Source: Acidobacteriota bacterium
Lineage (GTDB): Bacteria; Acidobacteriota; Thermoanaerobaculia; Multivoradales; JAHZIX01
Direction: 5' to 3'
NCBI GenBank assembly: GCA_039191605.1
Contig: JBCCXL010000017.1
Location: forward strand, 19,457-83,456
Length of the DNA stretch: 64,000 nt
Shown: piece after piece, positions 22,128 to 31,619 of the stretch
Position numbering within the stretch: the stretch's first letter is position 1
Layout: the number at the start of each line of letters is the position of its first letter
Program-made: the position numbers and the translations under genes
The notes under the pieces: model-generated
Told to the model about the DNA's origin: nothing
Databases searched by the model: none
What the model saw: the letters and a program-made list of their open reading frames with translations, nothing else

Positions 22128-24308
22128 ATGAACTCCCTTCGCATTCCCACTCTGCAAATCGCCGACATCGAGCTGCCCCGGGAGGTCGCCAGGCTAGGAG
22201 ATCTGGCCTACAACCTGTGGTGGACCTGGTCTCCTGAGGCTCGCCAGCTCTTCTCGTCCATCGATGGCGAGACCTGGGCGCGCTACCGCAGTCCGATTCA
22301 GCTGCTGATCAACGTCGACGCCTCCCGCTGGGAATCGCTGGTCTCCAGCTCCACCTTCATGGCCAAGTATGGCGCGGTGGTCCAGGAATTCGATCGCTAT
22401 ATGAACGAGCTGGACAACACGTGGTTCCATCGTCGCTTCCCGGACCACGGCAAGGACGTGGTGGCCTATTTCTCGATGGAATACGGGGTTCATAGCTCCC
22501 TGGCGGTGTACTCCGGCGGCCTCGGGGTGCTCTCCGGAGATCATTGCAAGAGCGCCAGTGACCTCGGCCTACCCTTCATTGCGGTGGGTTTGATGTATCG
22601 CCACGGCTATTTCCAGCAGACCATCGATGCGGAAGGGCTGCAGCAGCATTCCTATCCGGAATACGACTTCAGCCGCTTGCCGATCCGCCCAGCGCTGACC
22701 CCCAACGGCCGCCCCCTCACCGTCGAGGTACCGCTGCTGGATCGCTCCATCTTCGCCAAGGTTTGGACCGCCCAGGTGGGGCGCGTTCCCCTGCTGCTGC
22801 TGGATACGGATGTCCCGCGCAACGATCCGGCGGATCGTCCGATCACCGACCTGCTCTACGTTCAGGGCCGCGAGATGCGCCTGATTCAGGAGATGGTGGT
22901 GGGCATCGGCGGGGTGAAGGCTCTGGAGGAGCTGGGGGTCAAGCCCTCGGTTTGGCACATCAACGAGGGGCATTGCGCCTTCCTGCAGCTCGAGCGCCTG
23001 CGGCGCCGGCTGGGTTCCGGCCAGTCTTGGGGAGAGGCCTTCGAGGACGTGCGCCGGAGCACCGTATTCACCACTCACACGCCGGTCACCGCCGGCAATG
23101 AGCAATTCGACCGAGATCTCGCCGGCCGCTATTTGCAGCCCTGGGGGGAGACCCTGGGCCAGAGCACCGAGACCCTGCTGGATCTCGGCGCCGAGCGTGA
23201 GGGGCTGAATCATCCCAACCTCAACCTCACCGCTCTGGCATTGCGCACCAGCTGCCACGCTAACGGCGTTTCGCAGCTCAATGGGGAAGTAGCGGACCGT
23301 ATGTGGCGTCACCTCTTCCCCCATGTTTCGGAGTCCGAGCCGGTGATCTCCGGGATCACCAACGGGGTGCATACCGGAACCTGGATCGGTACCGAGACCC
23401 GCAGTCTGCTGGAGCGTCATCTCGGGCGCCGCTGGCCCGAGCTGCTGTCGGATCCGGGCAACGCCTGGGAACAGATCCGCGCGATTCCGGATCGCGAGCT
23501 GTGGGAGGTCCACCTCGCTCAGAAGGCGCGCCTGGGCCGCTTTACGCTGTCTCGGACCCGCGAGCAGCTCTCTCGCCACGGGGCATCCCCGGGGCAGCTG
23601 CGGCGAGCGGCGGAGCTCTATGATCCCAACACTCTGACCATCGGCTTTGCCCGCCGCTTCGCCACCTACAAGCGGGCCAACCTGGTGTTCTCGGACCTGG
23701 ATCGATTCCGCCGCTTGATCACGGCCATCGATCAGCCGGTGCAGCTCTTCTTCGCCGGCAAGGCCCACCCGGCGGATCGCCCCGGCCAGGAGCTGATCCA
23801 GCGGATCTTCGAGCTCACCCGGGACTCGTCGCTGGAGGGTAAGGTCTTCTTCATCGAGAATTACGACATGCGGGTTGGGGCGATGCTGGTGCAGGGGGTC
23901 GACATCTGGCTCAACAACCCGCGCAAGCCTCTGGAGGCCAGCGGCACCAGCGGTCAGAAGGCGGCGATGAACGGGGTGCTGAACTTCAGCATCCTCGACG
24001 GATGGTGGCCGGAAGGCTACGATGGCCTCAACGGCTGGGCCATCGATCCGGGGCAAGATCATGGCGATGCCGGAGCGCAGGACGCGGCGGATGCCGCGGC
24101 TCTCTATGACCTTCTGGAGTTCGAGATCAAGCCTCTCTACTATCAGCGCGATGGCGAGGGGTTGCCCACCGGCTGGGTGCGCCGCATGAAGGACGCCATG
24201 GCCACGATCATTCCTCGATTCTCCGCCAACCGCATGGTGCGCGACTACGTGGAGCGCGCCTACCTGCCCACCGTTCGCAGCCATGGTGCGGTCCTGAGCT
24301 CCAGCTGA
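22128..24308 (+). CDS. glgP: alpha-glucan phosphorylase (GT35, GlgP family)
   Basis: YFSMEYG...SGGLGVLSGDHCKSASDLGLPFIAVGLMYRHGYFQQ and the C-terminal PLP region. Confidence 0.9.
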   Translation: MNSLRIPTLQIADIELPREVARLGDLAYNLWWTWSPEARQLFSSIDGETWARYRSPIQLLINVDASRWESLVSSSTFMAKYGAVVQEFDRYMNELDNTWFHRRFPDHGKDVVAYFSMEYGVHSSLAVYSGGLGVLSGDHCKSASDLGLPFIAVGLMYRHGYFQQTIDAEGLQQHSYPEYDFSRLPIRPALTPNGRPLTVEVPLLDRSIFAKVWTAQVGRVPLLLLDTDVPRNDPADRPITDLLYVQGREMRLIQEMVVGIGGVKALEELGVKPSVWHINEGHCAFLQLERLRRRLGSGQSWGEAFEDVRRSTVFTTHTPVTAGNEQFDRDLAGRYLQPWGETLGQSTETLLDLGAEREGLNHPNLNLTALALRTSCHANGVSQLNGEVADRMWRHLFPHVSESEPVISGITNGVHTGTWIGTETRSLLERHLGRRWPELLSDPGNAWEQIRAIPDRELWEVHLAQKARLGRFTLSRTREQLSRHGASPGQLRRAAELYDPNTLTIGFARRFATYKRANLVFSDLDRFRRLITAIDQPVQLFFAGKAHPADRPGQELIQRIFELTRDSSLEGKVFFIENYDMRVGAMLVQGVDIWLNNPRKPLEASGTSGQKAAMNGVLNFSILDGWWPEGYDGLNGWAIDPGQDHGDAGAQDAADAAALYDLLEFEIKPLYYQRDGEGLPTGWVRRMKDAMATIIPRFSANRMVRDYVERAYLPTVRSHGAVLSSS

Positions 24309-24387
24309 GGAACGCCTGAGGCGGCGGGCGCCAGGAGCCCGCCGCGCTTCGCGTTGGGCTCCGGCATCTTGCGGGAGATTTCAGCCA

Positions 24388-25983
24388 GTGTCTTCAAGCG
24401 TCGACTCCACCGCTCTTCCGTCCCCCTCTTCCTCTACTCTCTCGCCGCGGCAGCGGGAGTTGCTGGAGCGATGGGGAGAAATCCGTGATCTGGACGCCGC
24501 CACTGCCGTTCTGCAGTGGGACCAGGAAACTCAGATGCCGCCGCAGGGGGTCGAGCCTCGGGCCCGGGTGCTCGCGACCCTAGCCGGCCAGCGCCACCGG
24601 CAGCTGACGGATCCGCGCCTGGTGGATCTGGTAGAGGCCTGCGCTGACGAGCTCAACACGGGGGAGCTGGCGGCCCAGGAGCTAGAGCAGGGGGAGGCTG
24701 CCGCCGCCGCTCGGGTGCGCGAGGCGCGCAAGCTGATTCAGCGCACCGCGGCGGTGCCGGAAACCCTGGCCCGGGAGCTGGCGGAGGTCGAGGCGCGAGG
24801 CATGGTGGCGTGGGAGCAGGCCCGAGAGCAGGGGGACTTCGAGCTGTGGCGGCCTCTGCTGGAACATATGGTGGCGCTGAAGCACGATCAGGCCCGCTGC
24901 TGGCTGGACTGCACCGAGGGGGCCGACGGGCCCTACGACACCCTGCTGGAGAGCTTTGAGCCGGGGGCTCGGGAGCGAACTCTAGCGCCCCTCTTTGAGC
25001 AGCTGACGGATGAATTGGTGCCCCTGGTGCGGGCGGTGGCGGAGAGCGGAGTGGAGGTCGATGAGTCTCCCGCCCGCGGCGACTTCCCGGAGGCCGCCCA
25101 GCGCGCCTTGGGCTTTGAGGTGGCGAAGGCCATCGGCTTTGATTTTCAGCGCGGCCGTCTCGATCTCTCAACCCATCCCTTCTGTGTCGGATTCTCCCCT
25201 TCGGACGTGCGCCTCACCTGGCGATTCGAAGAGCAGGATTGGCGCCCCGGGCTGTACGGGATCCTCCACGAAGCCGGCCACGGTCTCTACGAGCAGGGGC
25301 TGCCGGAGGAGGAGTCCGCCTCGCCTCTCGGCGTCGCCGTCTCTCTGGGGATTCACGAATCCCAGTCTCGCCTCTGGGAGAACCTCGTCGGGCGTTCCCG
25401 TCCTTTCCTGCGCTGGCTGCTGGGGCCGCTGCGTCGTCATCTCGATCTCGGTGATGGGGTCAGCGTCGAAACCCTGTGGCCGGCTCTCCACACCGTCAAA
25501 CCGACCTTGATTCGGGTGGAGGCGGATGAGGGCACCTACAACCTCCACGTCGCTGCCCGCTTCGATCTCGAACGACGCCTGTTCCGCGGCGAGATCTCGG
25601 TCGGCGAGCTGCCGGAGCTCTGGGACGAGACCTATGAGCGCCTGCTGGGGATCCGAGCAGAGAATCCAGCGGATGGCGTGCTCCAGGACGTGCATTGGTC
25701 GATGGGAGCCTTCGGCTACTTCCCGACCTACACTCTGGGCACCCTCGCCGCCTCCCAGCTCTACGCCGCCGCCGAGTCGGAGCTAGGTGATCTTCCGGCG
25801 GCCCTGGAGCGTGGGGAGTGTGCCGAGCTGCTGGCCTGGCTGCGGCGGCATATCCACCGCTGGGGCAGCCAATACTCCGCTGATCAGCTACTGCAGGAGG
25901 CCACCGGCGCTGAGCTGAGCCCGCAACCCTTCCTGCAAGATCTGCGGGCCAATGCGCGGGCGGTCTACGGCGTCAGCGTCTGA
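24388..25983 (+). CDS. M32 carboxypeptidase (carboxypeptidase Taq family)
   Basis: HEAGHGLYEQG (HExxH), HESQSRLWEN and GTYNLH are M32 signatures. Confidence 0.85.
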   Translation: MSSSVDSTALPSPSSSTLSPRQRELLERWGEIRDLDAATAVLQWDQETQMPPQGVEPRARVLATLAGQRHRQLTDPRLVDLVEACADELNTGELAAQELEQGEAAAAARVREARKLIQRTAAVPETLARELAEVEARGMVAWEQAREQGDFELWRPLLEHMVALKHDQARCWLDCTEGADGPYDTLLESFEPGARERTLAPLFEQLTDELVPLVRAVAESGVEVDESPARGDFPEAAQRALGFEVAKAIGFDFQRGRLDLSTHPFCVGFSPSDVRLTWRFEEQDWRPGLYGILHEAGHGLYEQGLPEEESASPLGVAVSLGIHESQSRLWENLVGRSRPFLRWLLGPLRRHLDLGDGVSVETLWPALHTVKPTLIRVEADEGTYNLHVAARFDLERRLFRGEISVGELPELWDETYERLLGIRAENPADGVLQDVHWSMGAFGYFPTYTLGTLAASQLYAAAESELGDLPAALERGECAELLAWLRRHIHRWGSQYSADQLLQEATGAELSPQPFLQDLRANARAVYGVSV

Positions 25984-26159
25984 GAGCGCGGCGACGTAGC
26001 GTCCGCAGGCTGCTGCTCAATCTATTGGTCTGATCCCCGGAGGCTGGTTTCGCCTCCCGGGGAGGGCCTGGCCATGGGCGAGCGATGGGTTGCTCGGAGA
26101 GGTTTTGGTTGGGGAGGTGTGGGTAGGGGAGAGGAGATGTGGTTCGGGGGATAGAAAAA

Positions 26160-26196
26160 GCGCCTCTCGGCCCGGTGTTTCGGGCTGAGAGGCGCA
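26160..26196 (-). terminator. Rho-independent terminator (minus strand) downstream of the DUF2911 gene
   Basis: A 13-bp stem GCCTCTCGGCCCG / CGGGCTGAGAGGC with one mismatch is followed on the minus strand by CTTTTTCTAT. Confidence 0.5.
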
Positions 26197-26220
26197 ATGC
26201 TGAGGCTAGGAATCCTAGAG

Positions 26221-26290
26221 CTGGCCATGCTGAGACTGGCCATGCTGAAACTGGCCATTCTGAAACTGGCCATTCTGAAACTGGCAACCT
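26221..26290. repeat. 15-bp tandem direct repeat, about 4.5 copies (ctggccatgctgaaa), intergenic
   Basis: Read directly. It also generates a spurious antisense ORF beginning MPVSEWPVSEWPVSAWPVSAWP. Confidence 0.9.
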
Positions 26291-26312
26291 CTAGGATTGA
26301 GTCGTCCGCTAC

Positions 26313-27200
26313 TCAGGCTTTGTTCTGCCATTTGTCGACCTGCTGCTGCAGGATGGTGAGATCCTGGCCAACTCCCGGAGAGTTGGTGTCGGCCATATCT
26401 GCCGCCTGGCTAGCGGTGTCGATGGCGGCGTCGACCTGGTCGGTGGCGGCGAGGATGCGAGCCTTGAGGGCGAGGGTCCAGTACATCGGAGCGTTGTTGG
26501 CGAGGCCCGTGACCCACTCCAGCGCCTCATCGAGGTTGGTGCGCTCCTGGTAGAAATACTGGGCCCAATTCCACACCATACGGCCTTCTGCGGGGGTCGC
26601 AGCGGCGACCTGCTCGCGGGCGGTTTCGACGACGATCGCGGAGGTGTCGAAGCTCACCGTGAAGGGCACGCGGGTGGTGCCCCAATGCACCGCTACCGTC
26701 GCGGATTCAGTGTCCTTAGGCTCGATGGCGATGTGGAATTGCTCCTGGTGGGGGGCCTCCTCCGCCTTGGCTTCCACCCGCAGGACATCGAGCTTCGAGT
26801 CGTATTGGAAGGCTCCCCACTGGGCGGCGTCGGAGTTGAAGATCACCGTCCAGCCCTTTTCGCTGGGGATCGTGAACACGCCGTAGAGCCCGGCCCGCAG
26901 CACCTTGCCCTGGATCTTGGCGTCGTGGCTGAGGGTCAGCGTGGTGGCCTCGTTGGCGCCGGTGCGCCAGACCTCGCCCCAGGGCACCAGCTCGCCCCAG
27001 ATTTCGCGGTCGCGGGCGAAGGGACGGCTATAGCTGATCTCGACGGTCGACAGACCGACGGTCTGCGACACGGTGGCCGCAGGGCTGACCCGAGGCGGTC
27101 CGGCCTGGGCCGCTACCAGGGCGGGGACCACGAGGGCGAGCAGCGCTAGCAGCGCGATACTGCGGCGCAGGGAAAGAGGAAGGTGACGGACTGTGTTCAT
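26313..27200 (-). CDS. secreted DUF2911-family protein
   Basis: Signal peptide IALLALLALVVPALVAAQA. GELVPWGEVWRTGANEATTLT is the DUF2911 core. Confidence 0.65.
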   Translation of the reverse strand: MNTVRHLPLSLRRSIALLALLALVVPALVAAQAGPPRVSPAATVSQTVGLSTVEISYSRPFARDREIWGELVPWGEVWRTGANEATTLTLSHDAKIQGKVLRAGLYGVFTIPSEKGWTVIFNSDAAQWGAFQYDSKLDVLRVEAKAEEAPHQEQFHIAIEPKDTESATVAVHWGTTRVPFTVSFDTSAIVVETAREQVAAATPAEGRMVWNWAQYFYQERTNLDEALEWVTGLANNAPMYWTLALKARILAATDQVDAAIDTASQAADMADTNSPGVGQDLTILQQQVDKWQNKA

Positions 27201-27603
27201 GGGAAGTCTCCTTGAGGGATTTTCTATGAGAAGGACCAGGGCCTAAGGAAAGATGTAGGGGTGCGACACTTTGCGGTCTGTCGTCGATTCAAATCAGTTG
27301 GCTGGTAGCCGAGAGCAGCCTTAGGAGGCTAAGCTCAACGCGAGTTCTGCCGTGGTGACTCGACTCACCTTGGCTCAGCTATTTATCATTATCTGTGGAC
27401 GAAGCTCGAGGTTCCTTAGCAACTATCTACGGCGGGGAGGGCCTGAAGTTCGTCGCAGCTCTCACTGCTTACGAGCTTCGGCCGCTGGCTGCGGCTGTCG
27501 CAACCCATGCGGCGCCAACGTCCTCAATCGCGGCTCGGGCTCATTCTCGGTGCTTCGAAGCCCTTTGGGGTATCAGGAGTTTCCCGGACCCCGTTCCCGG
27601 GCC

Positions 27604-27642
27604 CTGAGCTCCCGGAGCCTGAGCTCCCGGAGCCTCACCTCC
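27604..27642. repeat. 15-bp tandem repeat x2 plus a partial copy (ctgagctcccggagc)
   Basis: Read directly. It lies upstream of the gene at 27680. Confidence 0.7.
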
Positions 27643-27679
27643 ACCCGATCTTCCACTTCCTGACGCCCCTTCAGCTACC

Positions 27680-28546
27680 GTGACCCAGCCGTTGACTCCA
27701 GCCTCCCGCGATGGATTTCGCCGCACCGTGTTTTACAGCCTGATGGCCGGGATGACGCCGCTGATCCCGATTCCCTGGGTGGACGATCAGGTGCTGGGAT
27801 GGGTGCGCGCCCGCATGGTGCGGACCCAGGGCCGCAGCGCCGGCTACGAGATTGGAGATCGGGCGCAGGCGGCGCTCCTCGGCCAGGAGCGAATCGATGC
27901 CGTCGGTGGCTGCTTCGGGTGGATGTTGAGCCTGCCCTTTCGGGTGGTCTTCTATCTGCTGAAGAAGATCTTCAAAAAGCTGGTGTTGATCTTCACCCTG
28001 AAGGATTGCGTCGACGTCTTCTCGACGACCTTCCACGAGGGATACCTACTCACCCGAGCGATGGAGCGGCGAGTGGTGGCGCCGGAGGAGCTGGCGCCGC
28101 GGGCCGAGATCTATGCGGCGCGCCACCTGCGTTGGGCGGTGGCGGCGACCTGTGAGCAGGTTGATACTTCCCCGGTCCGCCGTCTGGTCAAAGGGGTCTT
28201 CGGCGGCTCCCGCCGCGTGCTGCTGCGCGGCGCTCGGCTCTTGGTAGTGCTGCGCAACCGTCTGCGGCGCCTTCCCCAGGAGCCGGATGCCGGCGGTGAT
28301 GGAGCTCGGGTAGGTGGCGTTGGGGCAGGTGGAGCCGCAGTGAGGGCTGGAACGGAAGAGGCTATCGCTGCCGCGGAGGCCGAGGAAGAGGGGCTCACCG
28401 GCGGTTTGGTGGATCGGCTGACCAAGGCGCTGAGCGAGGAAGGGGAATACCTCAAGCATCTCGACGAGGTCTTCCTCGAGCGCTGGTCTTTGGAGTCTGG
28501 GGGTGGGCGGCCTGGGGACGGGCGCGATTCGGGCGCGATGTCTTGA
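27680..28546 (+). CDS. hypothetical protein (hydrophobic N-terminal segment, G/A-rich C-terminus)
   Basis: ORF with coding-like composition. No recognisable motif. Confidence 0.4.
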   Translation: MTQPLTPASRDGFRRTVFYSLMAGMTPLIPIPWVDDQVLGWVRARMVRTQGRSAGYEIGDRAQAALLGQERIDAVGGCFGWMLSLPFRVVFYLLKKIFKKLVLIFTLKDCVDVFSTTFHEGYLLTRAMERRVVAPEELAPRAEIYAARHLRWAVAATCEQVDTSPVRRLVKGVFGGSRRVLLRGARLLVVLRNRLRRLPQEPDAGGDGARVGGVGAGGAAVRAGTEEAIAAAEAEEEGLTGGLVDRLTKALSEEGEYLKHLDEVFLERWSLESGGGRPGDGRDSGAMS

Positions 28547-28647
28547 GGGAGCGGTATCTTAAGTAGCGATACCTCGAGGGAGCTTTGGGAGCGATGAGGC
28601 GGAGCCCGTTGCCCTGCTTCCTGTGCTGTCCCTATTCCCTCTGGCGC

Positions 28648-29898
28648 TCAGGAATCCGCCTCCTGCCGGAGGGTGCCACCCGCCCCCAGGGAGCCTAGAA
28701 CCTTCTCCAACAGCGCCATTTCCTCCGCCGACGCCAGGCGCCAATGGCCGGTGTTGCGGCGGCGCTCGATGGCCGGCTGGGTGTAGCGTACCGAGGTCAC
28801 CAGCTTGCCTTCCTGGTTGAAGACGTGGGCTCGCCCCCGTTCGCCGAGGACCACCAGGGTTTGGCGACGGGTGTCGTAGAGAATGTCCTGACGCCCGGCG
28901 CGGTGAAGGTCCCGCAGCGCCATAGGGGTGGGGCGATCGCCCTGAAGATGCCGCTGCTGGGCATGCTCGGTGCGCCGGGAGCGGGCGCGGCGGGTGCGTT
29001 CCAGGCGGCGAGCGAGGCCGGCGAGGATCGCCTCGACCCGCTCGTCTAGGCGGCTGGCGGAGAGCCGCTTGCGGCGGGCTCCGAGGCTGTCCAAAGCCTT
29101 CTGAGCCCAGCGCAGGGCGCTGCCCCAGGGCAGGCGGCCGAGGCGCGTGTAGAGCTGCTCCAGGGATTCGTCCCCGAGGTTGGCGACGACGACGTTGAGG
29201 GTCATGCGCCGCCGTCGCTGTTGCTTACCGCCGCCTCGGGATGAGAGAGCCTGGAAGGTCACGCCGACAGACCCGAGGGTGCCGTCGGCGGCGGGAAGGC
29301 TGTACCAGCCGGCCATCACCTGGCCGTGGAGCCGGTAGCCGCTGTGGGGATCGTGGTATGCCTCGATGAGGTCGCGCATCAGCTCTTGCCCGGCGACAAC
29401 CCGGGTGAGGAAGCGAGAGGGAGTGGTGTAGAGGGCCTCGACTTCCGGATCCTGCCGCGCCAGCAGGTATTGGCCGAAGTCTTCGAAGCGAGGAATGCCG
29501 GTGCTGCCGTAGCCGGCGAAGATCTGGCGCGGGTCCAGCGGTCGGGAGTGGGCGCAGTCGGCGCTGGCGCAGCGCAGGCAATAGACCCGCCCCGGCTGGG
29601 CTACGGAGCGATGGGTGATGAGTGCCTGGAGGGCATTGTCGACGCTGTGCTGGAAGGCCTCTCGGGCCTTGGTGATGGAGTCCCCGCGACCGTCCAGGGG
29701 CAGGCTCCAGTCGAGATGAAGGGCGTCTCTCTGGGTCTCCAGCAAATGCCCCCAGGGGTGACTCTCGATGCGCTTGCGGGCCTGGCGGGAGAGCTCTTCG
29801 AGGGCGGCGGTGAGGGCGTCCCGGGGAGGGCCTGAATTCTGCCGCGAGTTGCCGTCTCCGGATGGGGCAGGGGTTGGTCGAGGTCTGTGACGCTTCAT
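28648..29898 (-). CDS. hypothetical protein, Arg-rich
   Basis: Start trimmed to MKRHRPRPTP. No recognisable domain. Confidence 0.4.
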   Translation of the reverse strand: MKRHRPRPTPAPSGDGNSRQNSGPPRDALTAALEELSRQARKRIESHPWGHLLETQRDALHLDWSLPLDGRGDSITKAREAFQHSVDNALQALITHRSVAQPGRVYCLRCASADCAHSRPLDPRQIFAGYGSTGIPRFEDFGQYLLARQDPEVEALYTTPSRFLTRVVAGQELMRDLIEAYHDPHSGYRLHGQVMAGWYSLPAADGTLGSVGVTFQALSSRGGGKQQRRRRMTLNVVVANLGDESLEQLYTRLGRLPWGSALRWAQKALDSLGARRKRLSASRLDERVEAILAGLARRLERTRRARSRRTEHAQQRHLQGDRPTPMALRDLHRAGRQDILYDTRRQTLVVLGERGRAHVFNQEGKLVTSVRYTQPAIERRRNTGHWRLASAEEMALLEKVLGSLGAGGTLRQEADS

Positions 29899-30240
29899 GG
29901 CAGCTGCGATGGGGATACAGGGGGAAGCCTGCGGAGGTGGAAGAAGCTTCCTGGGAGTCTCCACCGTGAAGCGGTGGATGGATTCCTCCGGGTGACTCCC
30001 GAGGGCTAGACCAGTGTACCGCCTGAGCTTCTCGCGGAGCCGGCTCGGGAGCCTTACGGAGGGTCGCGAGAGGAGCCTGAAACCTTCGGATCTTCCTCCT
30101 CGTTGTCCTCTATATCCCCCTGCTGGTATTCGCTGGCGTCGGGGCGGAGGATGAGCGCGCCGTCGCCGACCTGAGGATCGGGAGAGTAGCGGCGAGGTAC
30201 AATAGAAAGGTCGGCTCGGCCGACGACACTTCCCGCTGAA

Positions 30241-30349
30241 GATCACAGCGATCTGAAGATCGCGGCGTTTGAAGATTGCGGCATTCGAAGATCATCGCGT
30301 CTGAAGAGCACCGCGTCTAAAGAGCATCACGTCTGAAGATCACCGCATA
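30241..30349. repeat. 16-bp tandem direct repeat, about 6.8 copies (tgaagatcgcggcgtt and variants)
   Basis: Read directly. It lies 75 bp upstream of the SPFH gene start. Confidence 0.9.
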
Positions 30350-30424
30350 GAGCGCGACCGCCGCCGCGTCCGCCCCGCGAACCCGGTGGCACCCAGCGCT
30401 GAACCCCCCTACGGAGGATTCAAT

Positions 30425-31615
30425 ATGGGCCTGATGGATAAGCTCCGCGCCGAGCTCATCGACATCATCGAGTGGATCGATGATTCGCAGCACACCTTGG
30501 TTTGGCGATTCCCTCGCTACCACAACCAGATCAAGAACGGCGCTCAGCTCATCGTGCGTCCGGGGCAGAAGGCGATCTTCGTCGATCGCGGACAGATCGC
30601 CGATGTTTTCGACCCGGGGCAATATCAGCTCACCACCGCCAATCTGCCGATCCTCAGCACCCTTCAGGGATGGAAGTACGGCTTCGAGAGCCCGTTCAAA
30701 TGCGAGGTGTACTTCATCTCCACTCGACAGCTGACGGATTTGAAGTGGGGCACCCCGAATCCCATCATGATGCGGGATGCGGACTTCGGGCCGATCCGCA
30801 TTCGCGCCTTCGGTACTTACGCCCTGAAGGCGGTGGAGCCCAAAGCGCTGCTGGAGCAGCTGGTGGGGACGGACGGCAATTTCGAGGCCGACGAGCTCAG
30901 CGAGCTGATGCGTTCGATGATCACCTCCAGCTTCGCGGATCTGCTGGGGGAGTCCCAGATCGCCGCCCTGGATCTGGCAGCCCGCTACAGCGAGCTCTCC
31001 GAGAGTCTGCGGCGCAAGGTGCTGGAGCGGGTGGATGACGAGTACGGTCTAGATGTAACCCAGCTCTTCATCGTTAACATCTCCCTGCCGGAAGAGGTGG
31101 AGAAGGCCCTCGATACCCGCACCAGCATGGGGGTGATCGGGGACATGAACCGCTTCCAGCAGTATCAGATGGGGCAGGCGATGACCGCCGCCGCCAACAA
31201 TCCCTCCGGCGGTGGCGCTGCGGAGGGCATGGGCCTGGGCATGGGCTTCGCCATGGCCAGTCAGATGATGGGGCAGATGCCTCAGGCCGGCGCTGCCGGC
31301 GCTGGTGGTTTCCCTCAGGCCGGGGGAGCGGCTCCGCCGCCGGTGGCTCCGCCGCCCCAATGGCACGTGGTCTCCGGTGGCCAATCCGCGGGGCCCTTCA
31401 CTCCGCAGCAGGTGGTGCAGGGCATCGGGGCGGGGCAGGTGAATCCCCAGACCCTGGTTTGGACCGCCGGGATGGGGCAGTGGACCCCTGCGGGGCAGGT
31501 GCCGCAGCTGGCGGGCTACTTCCGCAGCGCTCCGCCGCCAGCTCCGCCGTCGCCGCCGACCCCACCGGCCGGTGGCGGTGCTGTCGGTGGCGGAACGGTG
31601 GGCGGAAGCGAGTAA
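30425..31615 (+). CDS. SPFH/band-7 domain protein with Gly/Pro-rich linker and C-terminal GYF-like (DUF4339-type) domain
   Basis: MGLMDKLRAELIDIIEW...QLIVRPGQKAIFVDRGQI matches the SPFH family (annotated in databases as virion core protein-like). The C-terminal WHVVSGGQSAGPFTPQQV...LVWTAGMGQWTPAGQVPQL is GYF-like. A GGAGGA RBS is present. Confidence 0.7.
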   Translation: MGLMDKLRAELIDIIEWIDDSQHTLVWRFPRYHNQIKNGAQLIVRPGQKAIFVDRGQIADVFDPGQYQLTTANLPILSTLQGWKYGFESPFKCEVYFISTRQLTDLKWGTPNPIMMRDADFGPIRIRAFGTYALKAVEPKALLEQLVGTDGNFEADELSELMRSMITSSFADLLGESQIAALDLAARYSELSESLRRKVLERVDDEYGLDVTQLFIVNISLPEEVEKALDTRTSMGVIGDMNRFQQYQMGQAMTAAANNPSGGGAAEGMGLGMGFAMASQMMGQMPQAGAAGAGGFPQAGGAAPPPVAPPPQWHVVSGGQSAGPFTPQQVVQGIGAGQVNPQTLVWTAGMGQWTPAGQVPQLAGYFRSAPPPAPPSPPTPPAGGGAVGGGTVGGSE

Positions 31616-31619
31616 AGGG

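Noticed and set aside
24309-24345. GC hairpin after glgP as a terminator
   Set aside because: A stem is present (GCGGCGGGC/GCCCGCCGC), but no convincing U-tract follows.
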